Shown: piece by piece, positions 1 through 9,095 of the stretch | How the letters are laid out: every line of letters starts with the position of its first letter | Position numbering within the stretch: position 1 is the stretch's first letter | Assembly: GCA_049942775.1 (NCBI GenBank) | Contig: CP188087.1 | Span: 180,001 to 212,000, forward strand | Reading direction: 5' to 3' | From: Candidatus Saccharimonadota bacterium | GTDB lineage: Bacteria > Pseudomonadota > Gammaproteobacteria > Enterobacterales > Enterobacteriaceae | Length of the DNA: 32,000 nucleotides | Position numbers and translations under genes: made by a program | The notes under the pieces: generated by a model | Seen by the model: only the letters and a program-made list of their open reading frames with translations | What the model was told of the DNA's origin: nothing | Database searches by the model: none

Positions 1-741
1 AATTGATATTATTAGTTCTTTTTTTTTATGTTCTTCTGGAATTAGAGAATATGCTTCGAAGTAATAACATATTTGTGCGAATAATCTACTAACATTTATA
101 GAATTTGCTGAATTAAGTCCTGTATTATTTCTTATTTCACTATCATTAAATGCTTGTTTTACTAATGCTTGACATTCATCAAATGTTCCATTTATTGCAA
201 TTGCTGTAATATTATTTCCTAAGGTACAAAATAATTTTTCTTGATATTTGCTAATTTTACCCTTCGGATATAAAATTATTACTCGAACATTTTTAATTTT
301 ATAAAAAGCATGAGCTACAGCAGCTCCAGTATCTCCAGATGTTGCAGTAAGTATTGTCGTAATCTCGTTTTTATTTAAATGGGATAATATTTGTGCCATG
401 AACCTTGCACCAAAATCTTTAAATGCTAGTGTCGGACCATGAAATAGTTCTAGACAAAAAATATTTTCTTTAACTTTTTTTAGTTCTGGAATCGGAAAAG
501 AGAACGATTTTTTTACAAATTTAAATAAAAATTCTTCTTCGATTTCATCTCCAATAAGTATCGAAAGAATTTTTGAACTTCTTTTTATAAAGTTCATTTT
601 TAGTAATTTTCTAAGTTTTTCTTTTCTTAAAACAGGTAGTTCTGTTGGAAAAAACAAACCCTGTTTTTTTCCTAGTCCTAATTTTACAGCTTGTGAAAAA
701 TTTACTATTTCATTTTTATCTTTTAAATTATATAATTTCAT
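1..741 (-). CDS. thrC: threonine synthase, N-terminal 247 codons (3' end of the gene lies beyond the window start)
   Basis: This gene is absent from the ORF track because it runs off the window edge. The reverse complement from the ATG at 739-741 reads MKLYNLKDKNEIVNFSQAVKLGLGKKQGLFFP, compared with E. coli ThrC MKLYNLKDHNEQVSFAQAVTQGLGKNQGLFFP. Further in frame it reads KDFGARFMAQILSHL and TTILTATSGDTGAAVAHAFY, the PLP-lysine and glycine-rich regions. The frame is open to position 1. The start lies 3 nt after the thrB stop, matching thrABC operon order. Confidence 0.9.
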   Translation of the reverse strand, partial: MKLYNLKDKNEIVNFSQAVKLGLGKKQGLFFPTELPVLRKEKLRKLLKMNFIKRSSKILSILIGDEIEEEFLFKFVKKSFSFPIPELKKVKENIFCLELFHGPTLAFKDFGARFMAQILSHLNKNEITTILTATSGDTGAAVAHAFYKIKNVRVIILYPKGKISKYQEKLFCTLGNNITAIAINGTFDECQALVKQAFNDSEIRNNTGLNSANSINVSRLFAQICYYFEAYSLIPEEHKKKELIISI

Positions 742-744
742 TTA

Positions 745-1677
745 TTATCCTATTTTTCTAGTTCCTATTGGATCTATTTTGCAAATACATACAAATCCTT
801 TGTCTTTATTTATATAGTTATTTTTTAAAGTTAAAGCTATTTTTTTTGCAGTAATCATGTCACGACTAATTGCAAAAAAGCTAGGTCCTGAACCAGATAT
901 TCCACAACTTATTGCTCCATCTCTTTTTACCATGGATTTTACTTTTTTAAAATTAGGAAGTAATTTTAATCTATATGGTTCAGCAATAATATCTTCCATA
1001 GATTTTGCTGCTAGTATTTCTTGATTAGTATAAGATGCATGAATAAAAGTTGCTAAATTTCTACTATGTTGAACACAAGTAGAATTACTGTATGTATTTG
1101 GTAATATAGATCTAGATTGTAAAGTTGATATATGTGTTCCTGGCCATGCAACAATCCATAACCAATTTTTAAAATATGGAATTCTTTGTCCAATAATATT
1201 TTCTTTTTGTACAATTATTTGTATACCACCTGAATAACATGGGTAAACATTATCATAGTGAACATTTCCTGAAAGATTTCCTTCTAGTTTTCCCATTAAA
1301 AGAATTTTTTCTTTATTGGAAAGTTTCTTTATTTTTGAAAATTCGTTTAGTGCAGTTATTGTTCCTACAATGGAACATGCGCTGGATCCTATCCCAGATC
1401 CAATTGGCATATTTTTTTCTAAAATAATTTTTATAGGAATATCTTTTTTGATTTTTTTACAAAAAAGTTTCCAGCATTTATAAACGATATTGTCTTCATT
1501 TTTTTTTGGAAGTTGATGTTTGAAAATTCCAGTATTAATCAATTTAAAACAATGATTAGATGATATTGAGATTGTGTCTCCTAAATTAGTACCATCTATT
1601 GGTTTAATAGCAGCTCCTAAAACATCGAAACCTACTCCTATATTACCAATAGAAGCAGGTGAATAAATTTTAATCAT
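745..1677 (-). CDS. thrB: homoserine kinase
   Basis: The 310-aa ORF begins [24 protein letters not shown], compared with E. coli Thr[25 protein letters not shown]. It carries the GHMP-kinase motif [12 protein letters not shown]. It sits between thrA and thrC. Confidence 0.95.
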   Translation of the reverse strand: MIKIYSPASIGNIGVGFDVLGAAIKPIDGTNLGDTISISSNHCFKLINTGIFKHQLPKKNEDNIVYKCWKLFCKKIKKDIPIKIILEKNMPIGSGIGSSACSIVGTITALNEFSKIKKLSNKEKILLMGKLEGNLSGNVHYDNVYPCYSGGIQIIVQKENIIGQRIPYFKNWLWIVAWPGTHISTLQSRSILPNTYSNSTCVQHSRNLATFIHASYTNQEILAAKSMEDIIAEPYRLKLLPNFKKVKSMVKRDGAISCGISGSGPSFFAISRDMITAKKIALTLKNNYINKDKGFVCICKIDPIGTRKIG

Positions 1678-1700
1678 TTTTTATTATTCCTGTTTAGATA

Positions 1701-4157
1701 CTATGATAGTACTCTAAGTAAATCTGAAAATACTCCAGAAGCTGTAATTTCGTTTCCAGCTCCATATCCTCTTAGTACTAAAGGAATAGGATTATAATAT
1801 TTTGTATAAAATATCAATGCATTTTCTCCATTTTTTATATCGTATAACGGATCAGTTTTTTTTATTTTTTCAATTTTTACTCGACATTCTCCTTTATTGT
1901 TAATAGTGCCAACTAACCTAAGTACTCTACCAACCTTTTTTGCAATTTCAATTTTTTTTCTAAATTCTTCGTTTGTTTTTTTTAGTTCCAACATAAATGA
2001 TTTGATGTCGTTAATTCGATAAATTTCATTATTAGGTAATATAGAATCAATTTTTACATCTTTTAATTCAGTAGAATATCCACATTCTCTAGATAAAATA
2101 ACAAGTTTTCTTGCTATATCTAGACCAGATAAATCTTCTTTAGGATTTGGTTCAGTAAAACCTAAATCTTTAGCTTTTTTTGTTGCTTCTGAAAATGTAG
2201 TTAATTGGTCGTCTAATTTACCAAAAATAAATGATAAAGAACCAGATAAAATTCCTCTAAATTTTATTAATTTATCTCCTGTTTTCATTAGATATTTAAG
2301 GTTATTAATAACTGGTAAACTAGCTCCTACATTGGTTTCGTACAGAAATTTTTTTTTATTTATAAACGAAGTTTTTCTAATTTTTTTATATAATTGATAG
2401 TTATTTGTATTAGATTGTTTATTTGAAGTTATTATGTGAAATCCGTTTGATAGGAAATTAATGTAATGTTTGGTGATATTTTGACTAGCTGTACAATCAA
2501 TAATTACAGGATTATTAAAGAAATTGTTTTTTTTCCATTCGATAAATTTATTAAAATCAAATTTTTTTTTTGACAAATTTAATTTTTTTTCCCATTCGTT
2601 TAAACAAATTTCTTCGCTTTTACATAAAAATTTTGTAGAGTTAGCTATCCCGTGTATTTTAATATAAATTTTTTCTTTTTTTAATTCTTTTTGTTGTTTT
2701 TTTATTAGCATTAAAAATGCTTTTCCTACTCCTCCTACTCCTATTAAAAATATTTCTAATATATTTTTTTTGTTAAATATTTTCTCATGTATTAGATTAA
2801 TTGCTAAAACAACAATATTTTGGTCTATAATTATAGAAATTGAATTTTTTGAATTTCCTAATGCAAAGTCATAAATATTAATTTCTTTAGTAGATAGAGC
2901 AGAAAAAATATTTTTAAAAATATTTGTCTGTAATTGATTTCCTACAATTGTGACAATTGATAATTTTTTTTTAATTTGTATAGGTATATTTAAGTTATTT
3001 TTTAATTCTAAGTTAAATTCTTTTTTTAAAAAAGATTGAAAAATCGGAATTTTTTTTTCTAAAATAAAATAATTATGTTTTTTTTCACAGGATGATTTTG
3101 TTAATATTGGAATCCAGATATTTTTTTTATAAAAAAATGACTCAGTTCTTTTTTTTATGTTTTTAATAGTTTCTTCGGAAGATTCTTTAATAGAAATCAT
3201 GGAAATATTATCGATATGAGTAATTCCGGTAATAGTATTTTTTTTTTTTGTTTGATTTAGATTGTCATCGGAAATAAGAGTTCCTTTTAAATTAGGTTGA
3301 TTAGTATTTTTTATATAACAAGGGATTTTGCATTGCATAATTGGAGAAATGGTTTTTGGATGCAGTATTTTTGCACCGTAGTAAGACAGTTTTATAGCTT
3401 CTTTGTAAGATATTTGTTCTATTAGTTTTGTTTTTAATATTTCTCTAGGATCACTAGTATAAATACCATTAACATCTGTCCAGATTTCCAACATATTGGA
3501 CTTTAAACATACAGCTAGAATTGCAGCAGAGTAATCTGAACCATTTCTTCCTAAAGTAACTAGTTCTTGATTTTTGTTTCCAGCAATAAATCCAGGCATT
3601 AATATAATGTTTTTTTTAGGAATTATGGTATTTTTTATTTTTTTTTTAGATTTCGAAATGTTTACTTTTGCATTCAAATAATTACCAACTGCAAATATTT
3701 TTTTTATTGGATCTAAAATAAATGAATTTTTTTTTTTACATTGTAAAATTCTATTCATAATAGCAATTGATAGTATTTCTCCTCTAGAAATAACAAAAGC
3801 ATGAACATTTTTTGGACATTTTTTAAGTAAATATATTGTTTGTATTAATTTTTTAAGATTTAAAAATTCCAAATTAATTAGTTCAATTAGTTCTTTATTT
3901 ATAAAATTTTTTAAATTTTCATTAATTTCTTCTATAATTTTTTTAAATATTAGTTTGACAAGTTTTATTTTTCTGGAAATTCTATTTTCTGTTATTGTTT
4001 CTTTTATTATGTTTGTTAAACAATCAGTAATAGTACTAGGTGCTGATAAAACAACGGAAACTTGTTCTTTTTCAAAATTCTTAATTATAATTTCTGATAC
4101 AGTTAAAAATTTTTTTGCATTTTTTAAAGATGTTCCACCAAACTTAAGTGTTTTCAT
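1701..4157 (-). CDS. thrA: bifunctional aspartokinase I / homoserine dehydrogenase I
   Basis: The 818-aa ORF (E. coli ThrA is 820 aa) begins MKTLKFGGTSLKNAKKFL, compared with MRVLKFGGTSVANAERFL. The C-terminal half has the NAD-binding motif IGVGGVGKAF. An AGGAA Shine-Dalgarno sequence precedes thrB in the 23-nt thrA-thrB gap. Confidence 0.95.
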   Translation of the reverse strand: MKTLKFGGTSLKNAKKFLTVSEIIIKNFEKEQVSVVLSAPSTITDCLTNIIKETITENRISRKIKLVKLIFKKIIEEINENLKNFINKELIELINLEFLNLKKLIQTIYLLKKCPKNVHAFVISRGEILSIAIMNRILQCKKKNSFILDPIKKIFAVGNYLNAKVNISKSKKKIKNTIIPKKNIILMPGFIAGNKNQELVTLGRNGSDYSAAILAVCLKSNMLEIWTDVNGIYTSDPREILKTKLIEQISYKEAIKLSYYGAKILHPKTISPIMQCKIPCYIKNTNQPNLKGTLISDDNLNQTKKKNTITGITHIDNISMISIKESSEETIKNIKKRTESFFYKKNIWIPILTKSSCEKKHNYFILEKKIPIFQSFLKKEFNLELKNNLNIPIQIKKKLSIVTIVGNQLQTNIFKNIFSALSTKEINIYDFALGNSKNSISIIIDQNIVVLAINLIHEKIFNKKNILEIFLIGVGGVGKAFLMLIKKQQKELKKEKIYIKIHGIANSTKFLCKSEEICLNEWEKKLNLSKKKFDFNKFIEWKKNNFFNNPVIIDCTASQNITKHYINFLSNGFHIITSNKQSNTNNYQLYKKIRKTSFINKKKFLYETNVGASLPVINNLKYLMKTGDKLIKFRGILSGSLSFIFGKLDDQLTTFSEATKKAKDLGFTEPNPKEDLSGLDIARKLVILSRECGYSTELKDVKIDSILPNNEIYRINDIKSFMLELKKTNEEFRKKIEIAKKVGRVLRLVGTINNKGECRVKIEKIKKTDPLYDIKNGENALIFYTKYYNPIPLVLRGYGAGNEITASGVFSDLLRVLS

Positions 4158-4464
4158 ACAAAATGTAATCTCCGGTTGAATATTTTTTTATACAGTTTAA
4201 TTTATTTCAATAAATTTTTTAGAATGTTAAAATGACAAAATTATTATTTTGTTATAAATTTTGAAAAATTTGTTTGTTAATATTTTTTAAATATTAACAT
4301 ATCACAATTTCTTTTTCTTTAGTTGTTTTTCATTATTAAGCTTAAGAATAGTTTATTTCTTTTCATGAATATTTTTTTTAAAATATATAAATATTGTTTG
4401 AATAGAAAAATAAAGTAAAATACAATCATGTGTTTAATTATATAAATATTAATTAATTTTTTGT

Positions 4465-4998
4465 ATGAAACATATTATTAAAGTAAGTATTTCTGAACTT
4501 GAACTTCATTCTAGAATTAATGAATTAGGGAAACAGATTAGTAAAAAATATAAAAACAGTAGTACTAAAATGATTTTAATTGGATTGTTAAGAGGATCCT
4601 TTATTTTTATTGCTGATTTGTGTCGTGCAATTAGTGTGACACATGAAGTTGATTTCATGACAATATCAAGTTATGGAATTAATGTTTTTCCTAGTTTAGA
4701 AATAAAAATTTTAAAAGATTTAGATGAGGATATTTTTGATAAAAATGTTTTAGTGGTAGAAGATGTTATAGATTCAGGTTTAACTCTTCAGAAGGTATTA
4801 AATATTTTAAAATTAAGAAATCCTCGTTCGATTTCTGTTTGTACTTTATTAGACAAGCCTCAATGTAGAGAAGTTACGATTTCAGCAGATTATGTAGGTT
4901 TTTCTATTAAAAATGATTTTATAGTAGGTTATGGAATTGACTATGCACAAAAGTATCGTCATTTACCATATATAGGAAAGGTAATTTTTTGTAATTAA
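4465..4998 (+). CDS. hpt: hypoxanthine phosphoribosyltransferase
   Basis: The 177-aa ORF contains [47 protein letters not shown] (PRPP motif) and [20 protein letters not shown]. It is near-collinear with E. coli Hpt. Confidence 0.93.
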   Translation: MKHIIKVSISELELHSRINELGKQISKKYKNSSTKMILIGLLRGSFIFIADLCRAISVTHEVDFMTISSYGINVFPSLEIKILKDLDEDIFDKNVLVVEDVIDSGLTLQKVLNILKLRNPRSISVCTLLDKPQCREVTISADYVGFSIKNDFIVGYGIDYAQKYRHLPYIGKVIFCN

Positions 4999-5013
4999 TA
5001 TTTTAAATATTAA
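4995..5013. terminator. 19-bp AT palindrome filling the hpt/pcnB convergent gap (bidirectional terminator candidate)
   Basis: The sequence TTAATATTT-T-AAATATTAA overlaps the hpt stop codon (4996-4998) and ends 4 nt before the pcnB stop (5018-5020). The whole intergenic gap is only 19 bp. The stem is AT-only and therefore weak. Confidence 0.3.
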
Positions 5014-5017
5014 AATT

Positions 5018-6241
5018 TTATTTATTATGTTTTTTCCATATTTTTTTAATTTTATATAATTGTATGCTGTTTTCTATTTCTGAACGTAATTTTAGTAAAT
5101 TGTAGGATTTTTTAAATTTTTGTTTTTTAGTTATCTTTTTTGTAATTTTACTTTTTTTAAAATTATTTTCTAAAAACCATTGCAATTTCCATATTTCTTT
5201 GCAATTAGAAAGGATTTGTTTTGGTATTTTGAAATATTCAATGATATTTTTAAAAATTTTTTCGATGGCATATAAAAATGATTCTTTTTCGTCAGCTTTG
5301 TTTTCTTTTTGTATTTTTTTCTTTGTATGTATTAGAAAGTACCATAGAATAGATGAAAATAAAAAGTCTGTTTCATCGTTTTCTTGTTTTTGTTTTTTTA
5401 TTTTTTCATCTATTAGTTTAATAGCTTTTATGCTAATTTTTTTAATTAATTTTTTTGTTTTTAGATCAATTTCAATATTTGGAAAAAAGAAAACTGAACT
5501 AAATAATTTATATTTTTTAAATTTTTTATATATTTTGTATCCTTCTCCTGTTTGTATTAGTTTACTAATTTCATAAAATAATCGAGAAGATGGAATGTTT
5601 TTTAATAAAATTGCCAATCTAGTTATTGGTTCTTCTGTTTTTTTTGAAATCTTCATTTTTAGTTTTACTGCAAATCGAATAACTCGTAATATTCTAATTG
5701 GATCTTCTCTGTATCTAGTTTCTGGATCACCTATTAGTCTTATTTTTTTTTTTTTTAGATCTTTTAGTCCTCCAACATAATCTCGAATAATTGAATTATT
5801 AATATCGTAATAAAGTGCATTAATAGTTATATCTCTTCTTTTATAATCATCTTCTATGTTACCAAAAATGTTATCATTTAGTAACATTCCATTAATTGTT
5901 TTTTTGATTTTTTTATTTTTTTTATTTGTTGATTTTTTATTATGATTTTTTCTAAAAGTAGATACCTCAATAAATTCAGATTTAAACATAATATGTGCTA
6001 TTCGAAATCTTCGTCCTATTATTCGACAATTTTTAAATATTTTTTTTAGTTGCTCTGGAGTTGCATTGGTAGCAATGTCAAAATCCTTTGGTAATTTTCC
6101 TAAAATTAAATCTCTGACACTTCCACCAACTAAATAAGATTGATAACCAGTTTTTTTTAATCGAATTAATACTTTAATTGCATTCTTACTTATTTTATTT
6201 TTTTTTAGGAATTTATAGTATTTATGGATAATTAGTGTCAT
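5018..6241 (-). CDS. pcnB: poly(A) polymerase I
   Basis: The 407-aa ORF contains [51 protein letters not shown] and [27 protein letters not shown]. These match the E. coli PcnB blocks [51 protein letters not shown] and [27 protein letters not shown], so I call it PcnB rather than the CCA-adding enzyme. It lies downstream of dksA, as in E. coli. Confidence 0.9.
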   Translation of the reverse strand: [407 protein letters not shown]

Positions 6242-6369
6242 TAGATTTATTATTCACAACCATTATTTTTTTAATTAAAAAACAAACAAAATGTATAGTT
6301 TTTTTAAAACTATGTAATTTATCTGTTATTATCAATGATAATAGAATCATTTGAGTAATTTTAAAGTTG

Positions 6370-6400
6370 ATCAAAAGTACTATTAAATAGTACTTTTGAT
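6370..6400 (-). terminator. perfect 31-bp palindrome 13 nt downstream of the dksA stop (terminator or RNA-processing hairpin candidate)
   Basis: The sequence ATCAAAAGTACTATT-A-AATAGTACTTTTGAT has every one of its 15 arm positions paired. It lies between the dksA stop (6413) and the pcnB start (6241). There is no strong U-tract on the dksA strand, so the terminator role is uncertain. Confidence 0.4.
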
Positions 6401-6412
6401 GACTAATTTTTT

Positions 6413-6868
6413 TTATCCTAATAATTGTTTTTCTCGAATTTCCGCTAATGTTTTGCAATCTATACACAAATTTGCAGTAGGTCTAGCTTCTAGTCTTTTA
6501 ATTCCTATTTCTATATTACATGATTCACAATATCCAAAATTATTTTTTTTTAATTTATTTAGTGTTATTTCTATTTTTTTTATTAGTTTTCTTTCTCTAT
6601 CTCTATTTCTTAGTTCTAAACTGAATTCTTCTTCTTGAGTAGCTCTATCAATTGGATCAGGAAAGTTAGTAGCTTCTTCTTTCATATAAGAAATTGTTTT
6701 ATATACTTCATTTGTTAATTGATATTTCCATGCTAATAAAATTTTTTTAAAATGTTCTTTTTGCTTTTCATTCATATATTGTTCATTTTTTTTAATTTTA
6801 TAATGGGTTACTCCAGCCATAGATAATATACTTAAAGATGAAGTTTTATTTTTTTTTTGTTTTTTCAT
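6413..6868 (-). CDS. dksA: RNA polymerase-binding transcription factor DksA
   Basis: The track ORF (6413..6895) starts at a TTG. I prefer the ATG at 6866-6868, which gives [20 protein letters not shown], compared with E. coli [20 protein letters not shown]. The block [33 protein letters not shown] is conserved, as is the C4 zinc finger CESC...CIDC. Confidence 0.9.
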   Translation of the reverse strand: MKKQKKNKTSSLSILSMAGVTHYKIKKNEQYMNEKQKEHFKKILLAWKYQLTNEVYKTISYMKEEATNFPDPIDRATQEEEFSLELRNRDRERKLIKKIEITLNKLKKNNFGYCESCNIEIGIKRLEARPTANLCIDCKTLAEIREKQLLG

Positions 6869-7142
6869 TTTTTTCTCAAAATAAATATTATTCAAATAGT
6901 AATCTATTTGTTAGTATAATTAAAAAAGTTTATATTGTTTAGCAATACTTGTTTTAATTTTTTTTAAAATGTTTTTTTATTTCAAGAATTTTAAATAATA
7001 AGTTTTTTTATGCATATAAAATATAACTATATTTTTAAATCAAATTAATTTTTTTTCAAGTAACATGTTTTTATCAAATATAGTAAATTTTTTGAAACAT
7101 AAAATATTTAAATTTTAATCAATTAAAGAAATATTAGTTATT

Positions 7143-7943
7143 ATGAAGAAAAAAAAAATAGAGACAAAATTTGCTTTATGTATTGAGTATGATGGAACTT
7201 ATTATAATGGTTGGCAAAAACAAAAAAGTATAAATACTACTATTCAGGAAAAATTAGAAAAAGCGATTTCTATTATTGCTAATCATCCTATTACTGTTGT
7301 TTGTTCAGGTAGAACTGATACTGGAGTTCATAGTATTGGTCAAATAGTACATTTTTGTACAACTTCTTACCGTAAAAATTTTTCTTGGATTTTAGGAATA
7401 AACTCTTTTTTGCCTTCTGATATTTCTGTTCAATGGATTAAAACTGTTCCATTTGACTTTCATGCTAGATATAGTTCGCTATCTAGATTATATCGATATG
7501 TTATTTATAATAGTCCATATAGAAATGGTATATTTTCAAATTTTTTAAATCATATTTTTAAAGAACTAGATATTGAGTTAATGACTAATGGATCGAAATG
7601 TCTCTTGGGAGAGCATGATTTTAGTGGATTTAGAGCTAAGAATTGTCAATCAAAGACTGCTTTTCGTAATATAATTAGATTAGATATTTTTAGGAAAAGT
7701 TTTTTTGTTATAATAGAAATAGAAGCAAATGCTTTTTTATATAAGATGGTTCGTAATATAGTTGGTTCATTAATAGAAGTAGGATTGAAAAAAAAAAAGA
7801 TATCTTGGATCAATAAAATTTTAAGAAGTAAAAATAGAAAATTATCTGGTCCTACAGCTTTAGCTCGTGGTTTATATTTAGTTTATGTAACTTACCCATC
7901 TAATTTTGGTTTTCCTCAAGTTAGTAAAAAATTTTTTTTTTAA
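7143..7943 (+). CDS. truA: tRNA pseudouridine(38-40) synthase
   Basis: The 266-aa ORF contains IEYDGTYYNGWQKQ and the catalytic-Asp motif GRTDTGVHSIGQIVHF. It also has the FLYKMVRNIVGSL block typical of TruA. Confidence 0.9.
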   Translation: MKKKKIETKFALCIEYDGTYYNGWQKQKSINTTIQEKLEKAISIIANHPITVVCSGRTDTGVHSIGQIVHFCTTSYRKNFSWILGINSFLPSDISVQWIKTVPFDFHARYSSLSRLYRYVIYNSPYRNGIFSNFLNHIFKELDIELMTNGSKCLLGEHDFSGFRAKNCQSKTAFRNIIRLDIFRKSFFVIIEIEANAFLYKMVRNIVGSLIEVGLKKKKISWINKILRSKNRKLSGPTALARGLYLVYVTYPSNFGFPQVSKKFFF

Positions 7944-7987
7944 CTTTGTAATTTTATTATATTGATTTTTTTATTAAGGTATAAAAA

Positions 7988-9091
7988 ATGAGTAAGAATT
8001 ATAAATTAGCTATTTTATCTGGTGATGGAATAGGTCCTGAAATTATGGAAGAAGGGATTAAAATTTTAGAAGTAGTAAAAAAAAAATTTAAGTTAAAGCT
8101 AGATTTTAAGGAATATTTTATTGGTGGTATTGCTATTGATAAATTTGGATTAGCTTTGCCAAAAGATACAATTAATGGTTGTTTAGTGTCGGATGCAGTA
8201 TTGTTTGGTTCAGTAGGAGGAGATAAATGGAAACATCTTTCTATTGAACAACAACCAGAAAGAGCAGCGTTATTACCATTAAGAAAATTATTAAATTTAT
8301 TTGTTAACATTAGACCTTCTAAACTATATTCAAGTTTATCTCATTTATCCCCTCTTAAATCAAAAATTGTTAAAAATGGGTTTGACATTTTGTGTATTAG
8401 GGAACTAATAGGTGGTATATATTACGGATCACCAAAGGGTCAAAGAGTAGACAACTATAAAAAAAAGTATGCTGTTGATACAGCTACCTATCATGAAAAT
8501 GAAATAGCTAGAGTAGCAAATATTGCTTTTAAAATGGCTAAATTAAGAAGAGGAAAAGTCACTTCTATTGATAAATCTAATGTATTAGAAACTTCAATTT
8601 TATGGAGAGAAATAGTTAATAAAGTTTCTAAAAAATTTCCAGAAGTTTCTTTAAATCATTTGTATGTAGATAATGCCAGTATGCAAATAATAAAAAATCC
8701 TATTGATTTTGACGTAATGTTATGTCCAAATCTTTTTGGAGATATTTTATCGGATGAATGTGGAATGATTACTGGTTCTATTGGAATGTTACCTTCTGCT
8801 AGTTTAAATGAATCAAATTTTGGATTATATGAACCTGCAGGTGGATCTGCACCAGATATATCTGGTAAAAATATTGCTAATCCAATTGCATTAATTTTAT
8901 CATTGTCAATGCTATTTCGATATAGTTTAAGATTAATACATATAGCAGATGCTATTGAATCTTCGGTAGTTAATGTATTAAAAGACGGTTATAGAACTTT
9001 TGATATTATGACAACAGATATTAATGAAGTTCTTCTAAGTACTAATAATATGGGTAGTAAAATTTCCGATTATTTAATTAATAAGGAATAG
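7988..9091 (+). CDS. leuB: 3-isopropylmalate dehydrogenase
   Basis: The 367-aa ORF begins [20 protein letters not shown], compared with E. coli LeuB [20 protein letters not shown]. It contains [26 protein letters not shown]. An AAGG Shine-Dalgarno sequence lies upstream. Confidence 0.95.
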   Translation: MSKNYKLAILSGDGIGPEIMEEGIKILEVVKKKFKLKLDFKEYFIGGIAIDKFGLALPKDTINGCLVSDAVLFGSVGGDKWKHLSIEQQPERAALLPLRKLLNLFVNIRPSKLYSSLSHLSPLKSKIVKNGFDILCIRELIGGIYYGSPKGQRVDNYKKKYAVDTATYHENEIARVANIAFKMAKLRRGKVTSIDKSNVLETSILWREIVNKVSKKFPEVSLNHLYVDNASMQIIKNPIDFDVMLCPNLFGDILSDECGMITGSIGMLPSASLNESNFGLYEPAGGSAPDISGKNIANPIALILSLSMLFRYSLRLIHIADAIESSVVNVLKDGYRTFDIMTTDINEVLLSTNNMGSKISDYLINKE

Positions 9092-9095
9092 TTTA

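Noticed and set aside
4316-4429. A 37-aa minus-strand ORF (MIVFYFIFLFKQYLYILKKIF...) lies upstream of thrA and could be a thrL candidate.
   Set aside because: It contains no Thr or Thr/Ile run and is purely hydrophobic low-complexity sequence from T-rich DNA. It overlaps the hpt promoter region.
6222-6467. An 81-aa ORF spans the pcnB-dksA gap and could be a gluQ remnant or a small gene.
   Set aside because: It overlaps both the pcnB start and the dksA 3' end. Its sequence shows no GluQ/GltX-like motifs (no HIGH-type signature), and its middle is simply the palindrome-containing spacer.
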